A stretch of 23,756 nt of DNA from Ginkgo biloba (lineage: Eukaryota; Plantae; Ginkgophyta): positions 108,208,565 to 108,232,320 of the forward strand of contig JANKJI020000002.1 of NCBI GenBank assembly GCA_024626585.2. The letters run 5' to 3'. The notes under the pieces are model-generated. The model had not been told where the DNA came from, made no database searches, and saw only the letters and a list, made by a program, of their open reading frames with translations. Below, piece by piece: positions 11,167-22,259 of the stretch. Both the position numbers and the translations under genes were made by a program. Position 1 is the first letter of the stretch; the number at the start of each line of letters is the position of its first letter.

Positions 11167-12708
11167 AATATACAAGAGATTAGAAGCTTCAACAAAGTTG
11201 GCAAGCTTCTCTAGAGAAATTTACTTCCTTGAACATCAAAAGCATTGAAAAGGCTATTGTAGTTCAAAAGGACTAGTAACAAACAGACCTGTTTTAAATC
11301 ATTGGAAAAATAAACAAATGGAAGCTCCTATGATGACAACTTCAGAATCTTTACTAGTGCAAATAAAATAGGATCAATATCCATACAAGAAGGGAAAGTA
11401 ACAACATATAGAAGTAGAAAGACTAAATGAAGTGGGCTAAACATACGTAAAATTACTAACCACAATACGTGGGTATGAGATATCATCGTAGAAACAATGA
11501 TAAAACCCCTTCTGAGCTTTCAAAAGGAAAAATGGACGTCTAGACAATATGAATGAGCCATCTAATTTTTAGATCAAATCCTCAGAGCAAACAAGTATTT
11601 AAAGAAGCAATGAAAAATTCACAACTCTTACTAGAAAATCCCTGCTCATTGAGGGCAATGATCTTCAAAGGGTGACCTAAGGTCAGCCAGATAAAGGCTA
11701 AGGTTGGTCTGAAACCAACCTAGAAAGAATGGGAGNNNNNNNNNNNNNNNNNNNNNNNNNNNNNNNNNNNNNNNNNNNNNNCTAAATTAACCAAAAGTGC
11801 AACCCTAATTGTCTATTTTTATGTCGGCCAAGGACTATGTCTAAAATTGATATTTATTGACCATAAAAGGACACCTTAACATGAGTTGGAGGATTATCAT
11901 TATTATTATTGTGCCTCGGAGCAGAACTTGTTAAGGAGTCTGAACCTGTTGAAGAAGTCAACTTGCAGCCATAAGTTAACAACCGAAATCACACCCTACC
12001 CGCAATAGTTTCCAGATTTATTGTAGGTTGAAGGTACGTTGGACTCTACAATTGCATGTTCAGGAGCAGTAGACTATAAGACAGTCGAAGGGGGCATTGA
12101 TTGAAGGATTATGACCTCATTATGATAGTCAGATTGCATTACTTACANNNNNNNNNNNNNNNNNNNNNNNNNNNNNNNNNNNTAGATCTGAAAGAAATCA
12201 TTACTTGTAGGTACATTGATGATTAGTATGACCTAGTACAGGGTTGTAAGATTTCAGTACTGTAATGATGACAAGCACTTTTAGTCAGAAATGTTGCCAG
12301 ATTGAAGTTATGACCAAGATTTCGGAAAAATGAATGTAAGTACTGTATATATAAAGAATGCATAAATGGTCATCATGAGGCAGTACAACCTCTAGCTTAC
12401 ATGTCATGCAGTATGATTTGGACAATGAATACAACCTATTCTGATTGCACATCAGATTGGTTGGATTTCTCTAACCCTTAACAACTTCTTGTTTGTACAT
12501 GCTTTTTAAGTGTAATGAATGTTATGCATGCTACCTTGATGTTTGTACTGTAGAAGTATAAAGTAATGAATGCTAGTAGACATGAATTAATGTATGTTGC
12601 TGGAAGAATGCATGAGTGATGGGTACTTGTTTTTAATGACCTTGATAATGTAAGCTGAAATGGCACCTAGATGATAGGCAAAACTCTAACATTAGTCTCT
12701 TGTTTTTA

Positions 12709-13143
12709 TGTTACACTCAAGGGAAGTCTACAGGGTAAAGTAGCTATCTATACCAACCTCCTCAGCTGGGTAAGGTCTTAACCGTCATCGACATCCTTGG
12801 TTGGGTAAGGTAGCTCTGTTTGCATGTAAGGCCTGTAGGAAGCATTGCCACCACGTAAGGCCTAGGTAAGTAGTGGAAGATAGCTTGGCATGGAAGGACT
12901 CTACAAGCATTACAAGGCCTATGCAGGATGTGGACCACCAAGGCTTATATGTAAGTGTATGGAAGCGCCTTATAGATGAAGGGGCAGTGGAATTCTCGAC
13001 TACAGTCAAGGGACAATCTAGCATATAAGTCCTATATAATGGGAGATGGTGATAGTCTAAATAAATCAAGAGTTCTAATGTTTACTGACCTTTATGTGAG
13101 CTACTTGTATGTACTACAAGTGTTGAAGAAAGGAGCTCTAACA
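12709..13143 (+). repeat. 5' LTR (435 bp) of Gypsy element 2
   Basis: TGTTA...TAACA inverted termini, immediately followed by a PBS. Its 3' part (12970-13143) is homologous to 15767-15960. Confidence 0.8.
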
Positions 13144-13144
13144 A

Positions 13145-13155
13145 TGGTATCAGAG
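13145..13155 (+). promoter_or_regulatory. PBS (tRNA-iMet) of element 2
   Basis: TGGTATCAGAG, 1 nt after the LTR-terminal CA. Confidence 0.85.
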
Positions 13156-13179
13156 TGGAAGAGATTAAAATTTAGATGC

Positions 13180-13880
13180 TTCATGATGGCATCAAGAGAA
13201 GAAGGCTGGTAATAGGCAATTAAAGGAAAGAGTAGATCAGTTTGACCAGATGCTAAAAGATAATGCTGAAGGGAAACAATTTGTAAGAAATTTCACTAGA
13301 AGAACACAAGGAGAACAGGGGACAACCCTAGAGTTCGTGAAGGGCAGCATCCAAAACAAGAACAAAGTAATAAAGCTCAAATGAAGGAATGGAAGAATGT
13401 GACTGTAGCATTGAAATAGGTAGCAGTAGAAAAGTCAATCAAGAAGTGAAAAAAGAAAAAAATGATTGGAAAAGGTTGACAAATACCACACAACGAAGGT
13501 CATTCAGACCACAAATGTGGAGTTTAAATCTTGGATCCAAGCTTTAGAAGATTACTTTGAGGCATTTGAGATAGCCCCCCAAAATAAACTTTTAATGGAT
13601 GGGTTAGCATTAAATGGGGAAGCGCCAATGCAGTGTAGTAGTAGAGAACCTTCCCCGCTTGAGAACAATTAAAAACCTTAATGACAACTAGATATGCCCC
13701 TAAAAATAACATAATGGATGCTCTTACTCAACTAACGCACTACAAATAGTACGAGACAATGATAGATTATAGCCAAAGAATGTAGGCTTATTTTGCTAAA
13801 GTGTTAGAAATGTCACTAGAACATCAAGTGCAAGGATTAAGAGTCACACTTAGGAGTCTGGTTAACCTAGCAATCCCTTC
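13180..13880 (+). pseudogene. gag remnant of element 2
   Basis: VEFKSWIQALEDYFEAFEIAPQNKLLMDGLALNGEA, related to the gag of elements 1 and 3. Contains stops and frameshifts; end approximate. Confidence 0.7.
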
Positions 13881-14638
13881 CAAGGCCACATGATCTTATA
13901 ATTTCCTTCTCTACATCAGTAAGCTATAGATACATGCTGCAAATTTCATCGATGTCTCTCTCTCTCTCTATTTGAGATTCTCACAAGCACCTATAAGAAG
14001 ATATTTTATGCTAATTATCCTTTGGGAAATAAATCATTAATCATTTTTTTATTTCTTCATTTTACAACTGGTCTCTATCATACCATGGAAATGCACAAAT
14101 TACAATAGATACCATGGAATCACACACTTTTTGAGTGCACATTTCCAAGACACCTTAAGCATTCACATGTTTTCATGGTATGCCCTAGGGCATCAAAAAA
14201 TAAATAAATAAATAATTTTGCATGCATTAGGGTCATGGGCACCATAAGAAGGTTTCATGAAGACATTATCAAATTCAAATAGTTTAATTTGATGATTTAA
14301 TCATTTTCATCTCGTTGCCCCCCAAACCCTTCAAAAATTATTTTTCATAAATAATTTAGCAGAAAGACGAGAAAACCTATCGGATACTCGAGGGTAGGGT
14401 CCTCCTCATCCACTTATAAGTGATATATCTCATTTTGTTGAATTTGGTAGCTCTGGGTCAAAGTTCTCTCCACTTTTCCAAATTTACAAATGGTAAAATG
14501 AAATGAACAGGTCACTTTTTGGATTTTTATATACATTTNNNNNNNNNNNNNNNNNNNNNNNNNNNNNNNNNNNNNNNNNNNNNNNNNNNNNNNNNNNNNN
14601 NNNNNNNNNNNNNNNNNNNNNNNNNNNNNNNNNNNNNN

Positions 14639-14828
14639 AGTACAATTAGATAGCCAAGTGACATGTGGCAAACATTAAATTATCCAACACCCCTTGTAAT
14701 GTGAGCCTCATTGGCTTTCTGACTGTAAGCTCAGTTATAAATTTCTGTAACTTTTTTCGACCAAGTGGCTTGGTAAAGATGTCAACCAACTGCTCCTCTG
14801 TGGGATTATGAACTAAGTTCACAACACC
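14639..14828 (-). mobile_element. Ty1/Copia 3' end: RNase H C-terminus, PPT and start of 3' LTR
   Basis: VVNLVHNPTEEQLVDIFTKPLGRKKLQKF (Copia QLADIFTKPL motif), then AAGGGG followed by TGTTGGATAA, with the LTR starting at 14689 on the minus strand. Confidence 0.85.
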
Positions 14829-15595
14829 ATGCTGATTTGGGCAGGGGGAAGGAGGGGAATTCAAGGGCAGGATGTTAAAATCGTAGTAGATAATGGTTGT
14901 ATTCATAATTTTGTGTTTGTTGAGTTTGTAAAGAAAATCCACTTGAAAACTACTCAAATTGATCATGAATATGAGTGGAAATGGGTGATGGTGGGGGTAT
15001 ACAAAATTGGGATCAAATGGCAAGGCAAGTGCTTATCACCATTCGAGTGTATAATAACAAACTCAATTCTACCTAGTGGACATAGGAAGATATGATGCCA
15101 TACTAGGACAAATATGGCTATGGTATTATGATGTGTATATTTTATCTAGAGGTCATGTTTTGCATTTCTTCCATGAAGATAAGCAAACTATATTGCAAGG
15201 AGACCATGATTTAAACAAATGTCCCTTGTCTCCTATGTTCAACAAAAGAGACCAACAAGAACAAAGGCAAGGTGTTACATCATTTTTAGATTATAAGTAG
15301 ATAAATCTGAGAGGAAGAATCACTTGAGCTAATACAATCTTTATTGGAACAATATAAAGATGTGTTTCTAGAAGAATAACCTAGCCATGTATAGGGCTGT
15401 AGATCATCGCATTGAATCGGACCTATATCCAAATCTACATATAGATCAGCCTATAGATTAAGTCACAATAGAAGGGAAGAAGTTCAAAGTCAAATTGAAG
15501 AATTGTTATCTAAAGGATAATACACTGTTTGGAGCTCTCATTTTACTAGTTTAAAAAAAGGATGGGTCGATGAGAATTGTTGTGGACCACATTTC
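14829..15595 (+). pseudogene. Gypsy protease and start of RT (element 2)
   Basis: KIVVDNGCIHNF; DIGRYDAILGQIWL; DHRIE...PYRLSHNRREEVQSQIEELLSKG; KKDGSMRIVVDH. Truncated afterwards. Confidence 0.85.
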
Positions 15596-15766
15596 ATTGT
15601 TAACTTTGAAATGACATACACAAAAAACTAGATTTTAGATTTCAAGAGAATAAATTTCAAAGTTCAACTAAGAATGAAAAGTTTTGCATGTGAAACATTT
15701 TGCTAAGAATGAAACCACGAGAAATAGTAAAACAAATTCCGTGATACTGTTTTGCCACTACTATGC

Positions 15767-15960
15767 TATAGATGGTAAGGGAGTGGAATTCTTGATTGTG
15801 GTTGAGGGCCATAAAATGTGTAAGTCCCACAATGGGAGACAGTTTTATTCCTGTACCCTAGTCTAATAAATCAAGAGTGCTCTAATGTTTTCTGACCATT
15901 GTGTGAGTTTGGTGTACGTAGGTTCCAACAAGTGTGGGGAAGCTGTAGCACCCTACAACA
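15767..15960 (+). repeat. LTR 3' portion related to the element-2 LTR
   Basis: Shared blocks ATAGATG..GG.AGTGGAATTCT, TAAGTCC...AATGGGAGA, TAGTCTAA(A)TAAATCAAGAG, CTAATGTTT.CTGACC and ACAAGTGT. Ends CAACA. Quite diverged and no TSD, so it may be a separate family member. Confidence 0.7.
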
Positions 15961-16063
15961 TGCCACTATTCCTAAAACAAGCAGACACAAGTGTAAGATC
16001 CTAAAACCTAAACCATCCATGATCCATGGTTTGTATGTGTATGAGCTAATCTTTTGATTTGGT

Positions 16064-16293
16064 TTGTTGAAGCATTTATGTTGTATATGGTACACGTGTC
16101 ATTTTTTTACAAGAGGCTAGCTACAAATGTTCTAGAAAACCAAGCATTGCTTGGTGATTTGTTGATTCACATAGAGCATTGTTGAAGCATTGGTGTTGTA
16201 CATGGTACAACTGTCATTGTTTTACAAGAGGCTAGCTACAAATGTTCTAGACAACCAAGCATTGCTTGGCAATTTGTTGGTTAACATAGAGGA
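16064..16293. repeat. 2 x 115-bp tandem duplication
   Basis: Units start TTGTTGAAGCATT at 16064 and 16179 and share the core TTTTACAAGAGGCTAGCTACAAATGTTCTAGA.AACCAAGCATTGCTTGG. Confidence 0.92.
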
Positions 16294-17614
16294 TTGGAAG
16301 AACTATCCTCGTGAGGGTCATTTTGAAGTAGTCAATCCCTGTGATTCCCATTTCTAAGTAGTCATCTAATAGGAATAGCTCAATGAATTTCTTACTTGAT
16401 GCTCACATTGCATCTATGTCTAGTTTAACTAAGCTCTAACAAAACAAATTAAACTTCAAACAAAATACTTGCAGTTTTCAGGACTTCCCTTTAAAAAATA
16501 TGCTCAAGCTTCTTGTTGATTCTATTTGATTTCCTTTTGGGAATGGCCATCAAGATTGTAATAAAAGAAATCCCAAGGTACATAGATTTTCTATACTATG
16601 ATTGTTGGGCCAATTTTATCCTCAGTGAAATGATGAGATGAATCAGTGTAGGTGCTGGTCTAGTTCAGACCATTCTAACCCTCCTCTTTGTACAGGAGTG
16701 ATGCAGCTGGGGCTCTGGTTTCCAAGCTGCTATATCATTGTGTAGGAATCAGAAGGGGAGGAAAAAGAAGTCATATGTGACATGAGATACTTGTACAAAT
16801 CTCAGTGATCTACATAGGCTCATGCTAGCACAAAGATGGGTAGTGCCATGCTGTATGTCTAATTTGTTGAAGTGCACACTTGCCTTGAATAGGTAGCCCT
16901 GCAAAATATTGTTTTTTTGGTCAGTCCAGAAATTGGCTAGATTTCGTTATCCTATATCCATTCCGCATTGTTACCGAGAGATCTTACTAAATCAAATGGA
17001 GATGTTGGAAGATGGACTTAATTTTATGATGTTAACCAGTATGCTACACCACAACCGTGAGATACAATATAATTTCCTCAGTAGTTGTTGTATAGAAGAT
17101 TGAATCTCAGCTGTTATGGAGGCAGTTAATGGAGTGTGTAAAGTTCTTGTCTTTCTGTTGTATGATGGTTAGTAATGTATGTTTCTTGAGTTTGTGGCAT
17201 TTATGATTCAACAGGCATTGTTTTTTGAGTTCCAGTCAGGAGATAGCATGACATCCTAGTTGCAGGAATTCTGGCCTTGCATCGGGAAAGTTCAGGATTG
17301 GTAGGATGTTTCCCCCACTTTCTATCTGCCCAAACTATGGAAGAGAATGCATTCAACCAGCAAGTAGATGCTGCTCATTCTTGATGTTTGAGCCAACTCA
17401 AAGTAAGAGGGTTTGGAATGAAACAATAGCAATTTAATAAAGTCGCCAAAACTCCTAGTATGAAGACTATTTATGGTTATGGTTGGCAAAATGCAGTATT
17501 TTAATTCTTGAAACNNNNNNNNNNNNNNNNNNNNNNNNNNNNNNNNNNNNNNNNNNNNNNNNNNNNNNNNNNNNNNNNNNNNNNNNNNNNNNNNNNNNNN
17601 NNNNNNNNNNNNNN

Positions 17615-18497
17615 CCAATGAAAAATCTTGCTTCTCCATGGATGTATATCAGATTTGGCAGTCTTTCAGGGATATGCTTCAGAATGCAATGGGATTCTCC
17701 TGGCCTTGATCATCCTCTTGCATTAGCGTGGCAATGTAGGCCTCCTCTGAGGCATAGGAATAAATTATGAAATCCTTATTGAACATAGGCCCTTTTAAGA
17801 TGAGAGAAGCTACAATACACTCCTTGATTCCCTTAAATGCATCCTTTTCCTCTTAGCTCCATTTGAAGTCTACAACCTTTCTTAACATATTGTTGATTGG
17901 GAGAGTGATGCAAGCAAAATCTAGAATGAAACACCTCAGAAAATTGATCTTTCCAAAGAAGGATTGGACTCCTTTTTTGCTAGTAGGTAATAGGAGCTCC
18001 CTAATGGATCTAACCCTATCAGGGTTGATGGATATCCCTTCCTTGGAAATGGTGTGCCCTAATATCTTTCCCTTTGTCACTCTAAGGACTGATTTCTTTG
18101 GGTTTAGAGAGATACCCCACTTTCTACACTTTTGAAAGACTTATTGAAGGTGCATAAAATACTCTTGGTAATCTTTAGAGAAGATAATGAGGTTGTATAA
18201 ATATACAACCATAGTCTTCCTTATGATTTCTCTGAGTGCAAAGTCCATTACCCTTTAAAAGGTGGCACTCACATTGATCAAACCAAAGGGCATCCTCTTG
18301 TAGGCAAAGGTGCCCCAAATAGTGGTGAAGGTGGTTTTATGTTAATCTCCTTCAATAACTAGGATTTTGTTATAGTTTAAGAAACCATCCAATAGTGACA
18401 TCAATTCTGATCCAATTATTGCTTGTAGGAGTTTCTCCATCATGGACAGGGGATAATTATCCTTCATTGGCTCCCTATTAAGTTTTTGATAATTAAA
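17615..18497 (-). pseudogene. Ty3/Gypsy (non-chromovirus, Tat/Athila-type) reverse transcriptase-RNase H remnant
   Basis: KDNYPLSMMEKLL...SLLDGFLNYNKI...KTTFTTIWGTFAYKRMPFGLINVSATF*RVMD...VVYLYNLIIFS (YLDD decayed)...GKILGHTISKEGISINPDRV...VQSFFGKINFLRCFI...FKWS...YTSMEKQ. Multiple stops. Confidence 0.92.
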
Positions 18498-18643
18498 ACT
18501 AAACCTTGGTTTTGCAGCAGTTGTTTTAGGATGCTTAAAATTAGGTTTTCTTGTTTTTACCAATTACTTCTCGGCAAGACCCTCATTTTCTGGATGAATG
18601 TTTATGTTAATGGAGTTTCCCCTTTTTGGTTTTCACTGTTCAG

Positions 18644-18747
18644 AGGTCTCAAAGACAGAGGGCAGAGTTGCACAGACGACAAATGTAGTAATAGGAGGTA
18701 CAATAACTGGGGAATCAGCAGATGAATGGAAGGTTTTAGATCAAAAG
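18644..18747 (+). CDS. Internal exon of a plant DUF493/YbeD-like protein (At1g27385-like)
   Basis: Acceptor ttttcactgttcAG and donor AAG|GTATGT. Phase 1 in, phase 0 out; encodes (E)VSKTEGRVAQTTNVVIGGTITGESADEWKVLDQK with no stops. Recognised from the conserved plant motif KAISEVSKTEGRV..TTN..IGGT....S..EW..LDQKVN.YP. Absent from the supplied ORF track in this frame. Confidence 0.85.
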
Positions 18748-21052
18748 GTATGTTTTGATGTTGTGATATAAATCTATAAACAAGAATTGAGACTGTTGAT
18801 GGACATCTGAACTGTTCTAGCTTATTGGATGTAACACTTTTTTCTTATTTCTTTTCTGTGAAAATAGTTTACAAAGTCCTCTTTCTTATGTTGTTTTCTG
18901 CTCTTGTTCTGTCTGTGGGAAGAACTCAGTGATGCAACAATGCCTCATTCTCATTCATAAAGCATTGATATGATTGCTGCATTACTGCTATATAAAATAT
19001 ACTGAACAGGAATGGAGTTGACACACCAAAGGGCTGTGAACCGCATGGTGCTTCTTCATGATTGATGCTCCATGATTTTATTGTTTGACATGACAAAGCA
19101 GGAGGTTATAGAACTAACCAATTAAATGTGAAACATGAACTACCAGACGGTCAGCTCACTCACTGTATGTAGAACACCCAAACTTGCCATCAACCATTCT
19201 TACTAATGATTATAATGAACTTGAAGGCTAAATTTCTATGCTAAGGCATTAGTATTATATCTATTGTGAGTCATGATTGTTATCAATATGTGGCATGCGT
19301 AGTGGTATTATATCTCTGTTGCTATTGAAACCTGCTATTTCATTTTTTGGATTCTTTTTGTTTTTTTTGGAAACGCCCAAAATCTTGGCTTCTATTAACA
19401 ATCTGATGCATGAATGCATTAGAATAAAAATGGAGATCTTGTCCCCTCTAAAATAGTACTGATAGAAGGACTTATAGACATGTAAACATTTTTATCCTTT
19501 CTTCAAGCTATAGTGCCCCAAAACCAGTTTCTCTGAATTCTTACAAAACATTTTTCTACCTAAATCAACGANNNNNNNNNNNNNNNNNNNNNNNNNNNNN
19601 NNNNNNNNNNNNNNNNNNNNNNNNNNNNNNNNNNNNNNNNNNNNNNNNNNNNNNNCCATTAGTTCACTAAGAAGCATTTAACAGGTTGCACTGCCAAAAC
19701 CTGTTGCTTTTACAATAAATCCCCAGAGGGAAAGCCACTGCATAATTGTAAAAACAGTTTTAGAAAGCTACAGCTGGAAAGATTGCACAAAAACTGAGGA
19801 GTGAATCTATTTAGAACTTGCGTTTTCCAGGTCTTTTGAGTGTTGTTCCATCTGTCAGGTATTTGTAGTTTCAGATTGAGGATTTGGCTCTACTTGGAGC
19901 TGAGGAGGTGTGATTGCGGCTGGAGCTGCTGGTTCCAGCTGTGTCCAGGGACTTGTCACTGCCCTTGTGTTACAGAAGAGGCTACGTTGCACATGCCTTT
20001 TGCATTGCTAAAGATGGAAGAAATCATGGTCCAAGCATTCATCCCTCCCCCATCATTTGTATTTGTAATTTTGTACTGATAGTGGCCTGACTGTTGAGGA
20101 GTGCTTGTTTTAGAACCCAATATGTAGCTGTCTTCAAAGATGGGTACATGCCCTTGATAGGCATAATGGCTAAGAGATTATGCATAATCTCCAAAATGAA
20201 GTTGCAAATATTTTGGATGTACTCTCAGGCTGCTTTCAAAGCTTATTAGTATTCTGAGATAAGATCTTTGAACAGATGTGAAACCTCTTATATTTAAGAG
20301 ACGTGTTTTCTGCTTGCATTTTGTATGCCTCTTTAGGGGTGAAACTTTGACTTTTCAGGAAATTGGCAACTATGATTACAGTCATCGAGCAGAACTCAAC
20401 CTCAAAATTATAAATCAACAGACTTTAATGGAGCTTTCTTCTTTTAATATTCTGGAGATCGTGAAGAATTTCCAAGTTAGACTGCCCTATACTGTTTCCT
20501 ATCTTAGATTCTTGGAATTGAACTGCATGATTGTGAATTTCTAATTCTGCATGTGGAGCGGGATTCTTTAGGCCAAGTCTTTTCTTAGTCTGTCGAACAA
20601 TTACCTTTGCAGTACGTGTTAAAGAGAAGGGATAGTGCATTTTATCACCTGTTAGGCCACTGTTTTTTATTTGCACTGAAAACTATCAATCTGCATTCTT
20701 AAGCATCACTTTGATGCCCCTCATCACTACATTTGCATCCAAGGTCTTGATGTTAGCATCAGTAATAATTTGTTTGGCGGTTTCCTGCTTTCTGCCGACA
20801 TATTATAAGCAAGTTCTGCCTGAAAGGCATTCTGCATGGCTTTCTTATCTTCTGAAGAGGTGTCATTAGATATCTGGCAAGAAAACCCTGTCTAATTTTC
20901 CCTCCAGCCACTGGCACATGAACTGCCTGTTGTTCTGGTCCTTTGATGCCGTGACAGATGAAAATGAAGCAAATGAAGAGAGTCCTGGGAGCCTATTGAT
21001 TGGCACTGCATGAGGTGGCCCAACTGGGAGCCTGCTATTAGCCCCTTTGTCT

Positions 21053-22245
21053 TGTAACAGCCGGTCCTCTAAGCCTGCATCACAAATCGGTTTAGACCTG
21101 TAATGCACATAGTACAACAGAGATATAAACATGATTACATCCACATAATGATCAAGCATAAGTTTCAGCCACAAAATACAGTAGTAAGCATACACATATA
21201 TTGCAAATTTTTATTTATGTCAATTTATGATAGCATCATGCATGGAGTTGACAAATGATATGTTTTAGAAGAGAAACTATTAGGAAATAGGTTGACTTGC
21301 AACAATGACCTTAACCTCTCTATTGGCCATGGGAACCACCTAAAATGGCTTATCATGTTGGCAACTAAACCTCCTATGATAACAAAGTGCACATAGTTAG
21401 CACCTAGGAGCTATTAGTGCTTTGCTAGATGTCAACACTTAACCTAGCATTAGTAAGAATGCCTGGCATAAGTCTATTCACAACCTCTTATTTAGCACTG
21501 GGATTGTCCTTTTATATAGGAAATCCACCTCCATAGGAAGTTATATATATATATATATATATATTGATTTATGTAGTCTGGCTACCGTTGGTACAATATA
21601 CAACCTTATACCTGCAAATACAATGTACATAATTGGTTAAAAATAGAAATCAAGGACAAGCCTCAATCAAACTAGGGCACTGGTATGGTCTACAAACCCT
21701 ATGTCCAGATAACAACTCCATAGAACCAATCCTCTAAGGGTTACTAGAGAATAGCTCTCCCTCCAAGGGTATCTCTCAACCCTACCACCAGTTAGCCCTA
21801 AATAAAATGCATGCACATGGTAAAGTAGTAATGGAAAACTGTTCGTCCATTATAGGACACATCAATTCCCTAGTAGATCACTAGCTATTGCCTTACAACC
21901 TTAGACTGGTCTCTAGGGTTTCTACAAAAATTAGGATGAACCAACTTGCATGGTGTAAAGGAACAATTTCCTATATCAATTTTAATTATCTAAGACCAAA
22001 GAAAATTTAAATAATCATAATTGCAACATTTAGATCTCTGAGACAGACTCTCTAGGATGTAGTTGCCATGAGAAGGCTAGTATCTGAGAATGAACAAAGG
22101 TTCACACATAAAATATATGGATTGATGACTTATGCATGAATGATAATGTTACATACGGTTTGATAGTTACATGATCAATTCGTGTCTATTCTATAGGGTC
22201 ATGACCATTTAGTAAATAATTAATATTCTAATTGGATCCATAACA
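21053..22245 (-). repeat. Complete 3' LTR of element 3 (1193 bp)
   Basis: Minus strand begins TGTTATGGATCC (22245) 2 nt after the PPT and ends GGCTGTTACA (21053). Confidence 0.85.
21542..21563. repeat. (TA)11 microsatellite within LTR
   Basis: Direct reading. Confidence 0.95.
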
Positions 22246-22247
22246 AG

Positions 22248-22259
22248 TCCCCCCTTCTT
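22248..22259 (-). promoter_or_regulatory. Polypurine tract of element 3
   Basis: Plus-strand TCCCCCCTTCTT, i.e. AAGAAGGGGGGA on the minus strand, directly upstream of the LTR TG. Confidence 0.8.

Noticed and set aside
11170-11700. Possible decayed integrase/chromodomain tail (KWTSRQYE*AI*)
   Set aside because: The resemblance is too weak to support without an HMM search.
12085-12483. Possible Copia PPT (GAAGGGGGCA) plus LTR
   Set aside because: No partner LTR, coding motif or TSD could be identified.
16064-16293. CRISPR-like array
   Set aside because: Only two contiguous units, no unique spacers, and a eukaryotic context.
16630-16740. Box C motif ATGATGA suggesting an intronic C/D snoRNA
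   Set aside because: No box D (CTGA) within about 100 nt and no terminal stem.
19840-20676. Several 60-90 aa ORFs downstream of the DUF493 exon
   Set aside because: No recognisable PUR4, DUF493 or other motifs; consistent with intron sequence.
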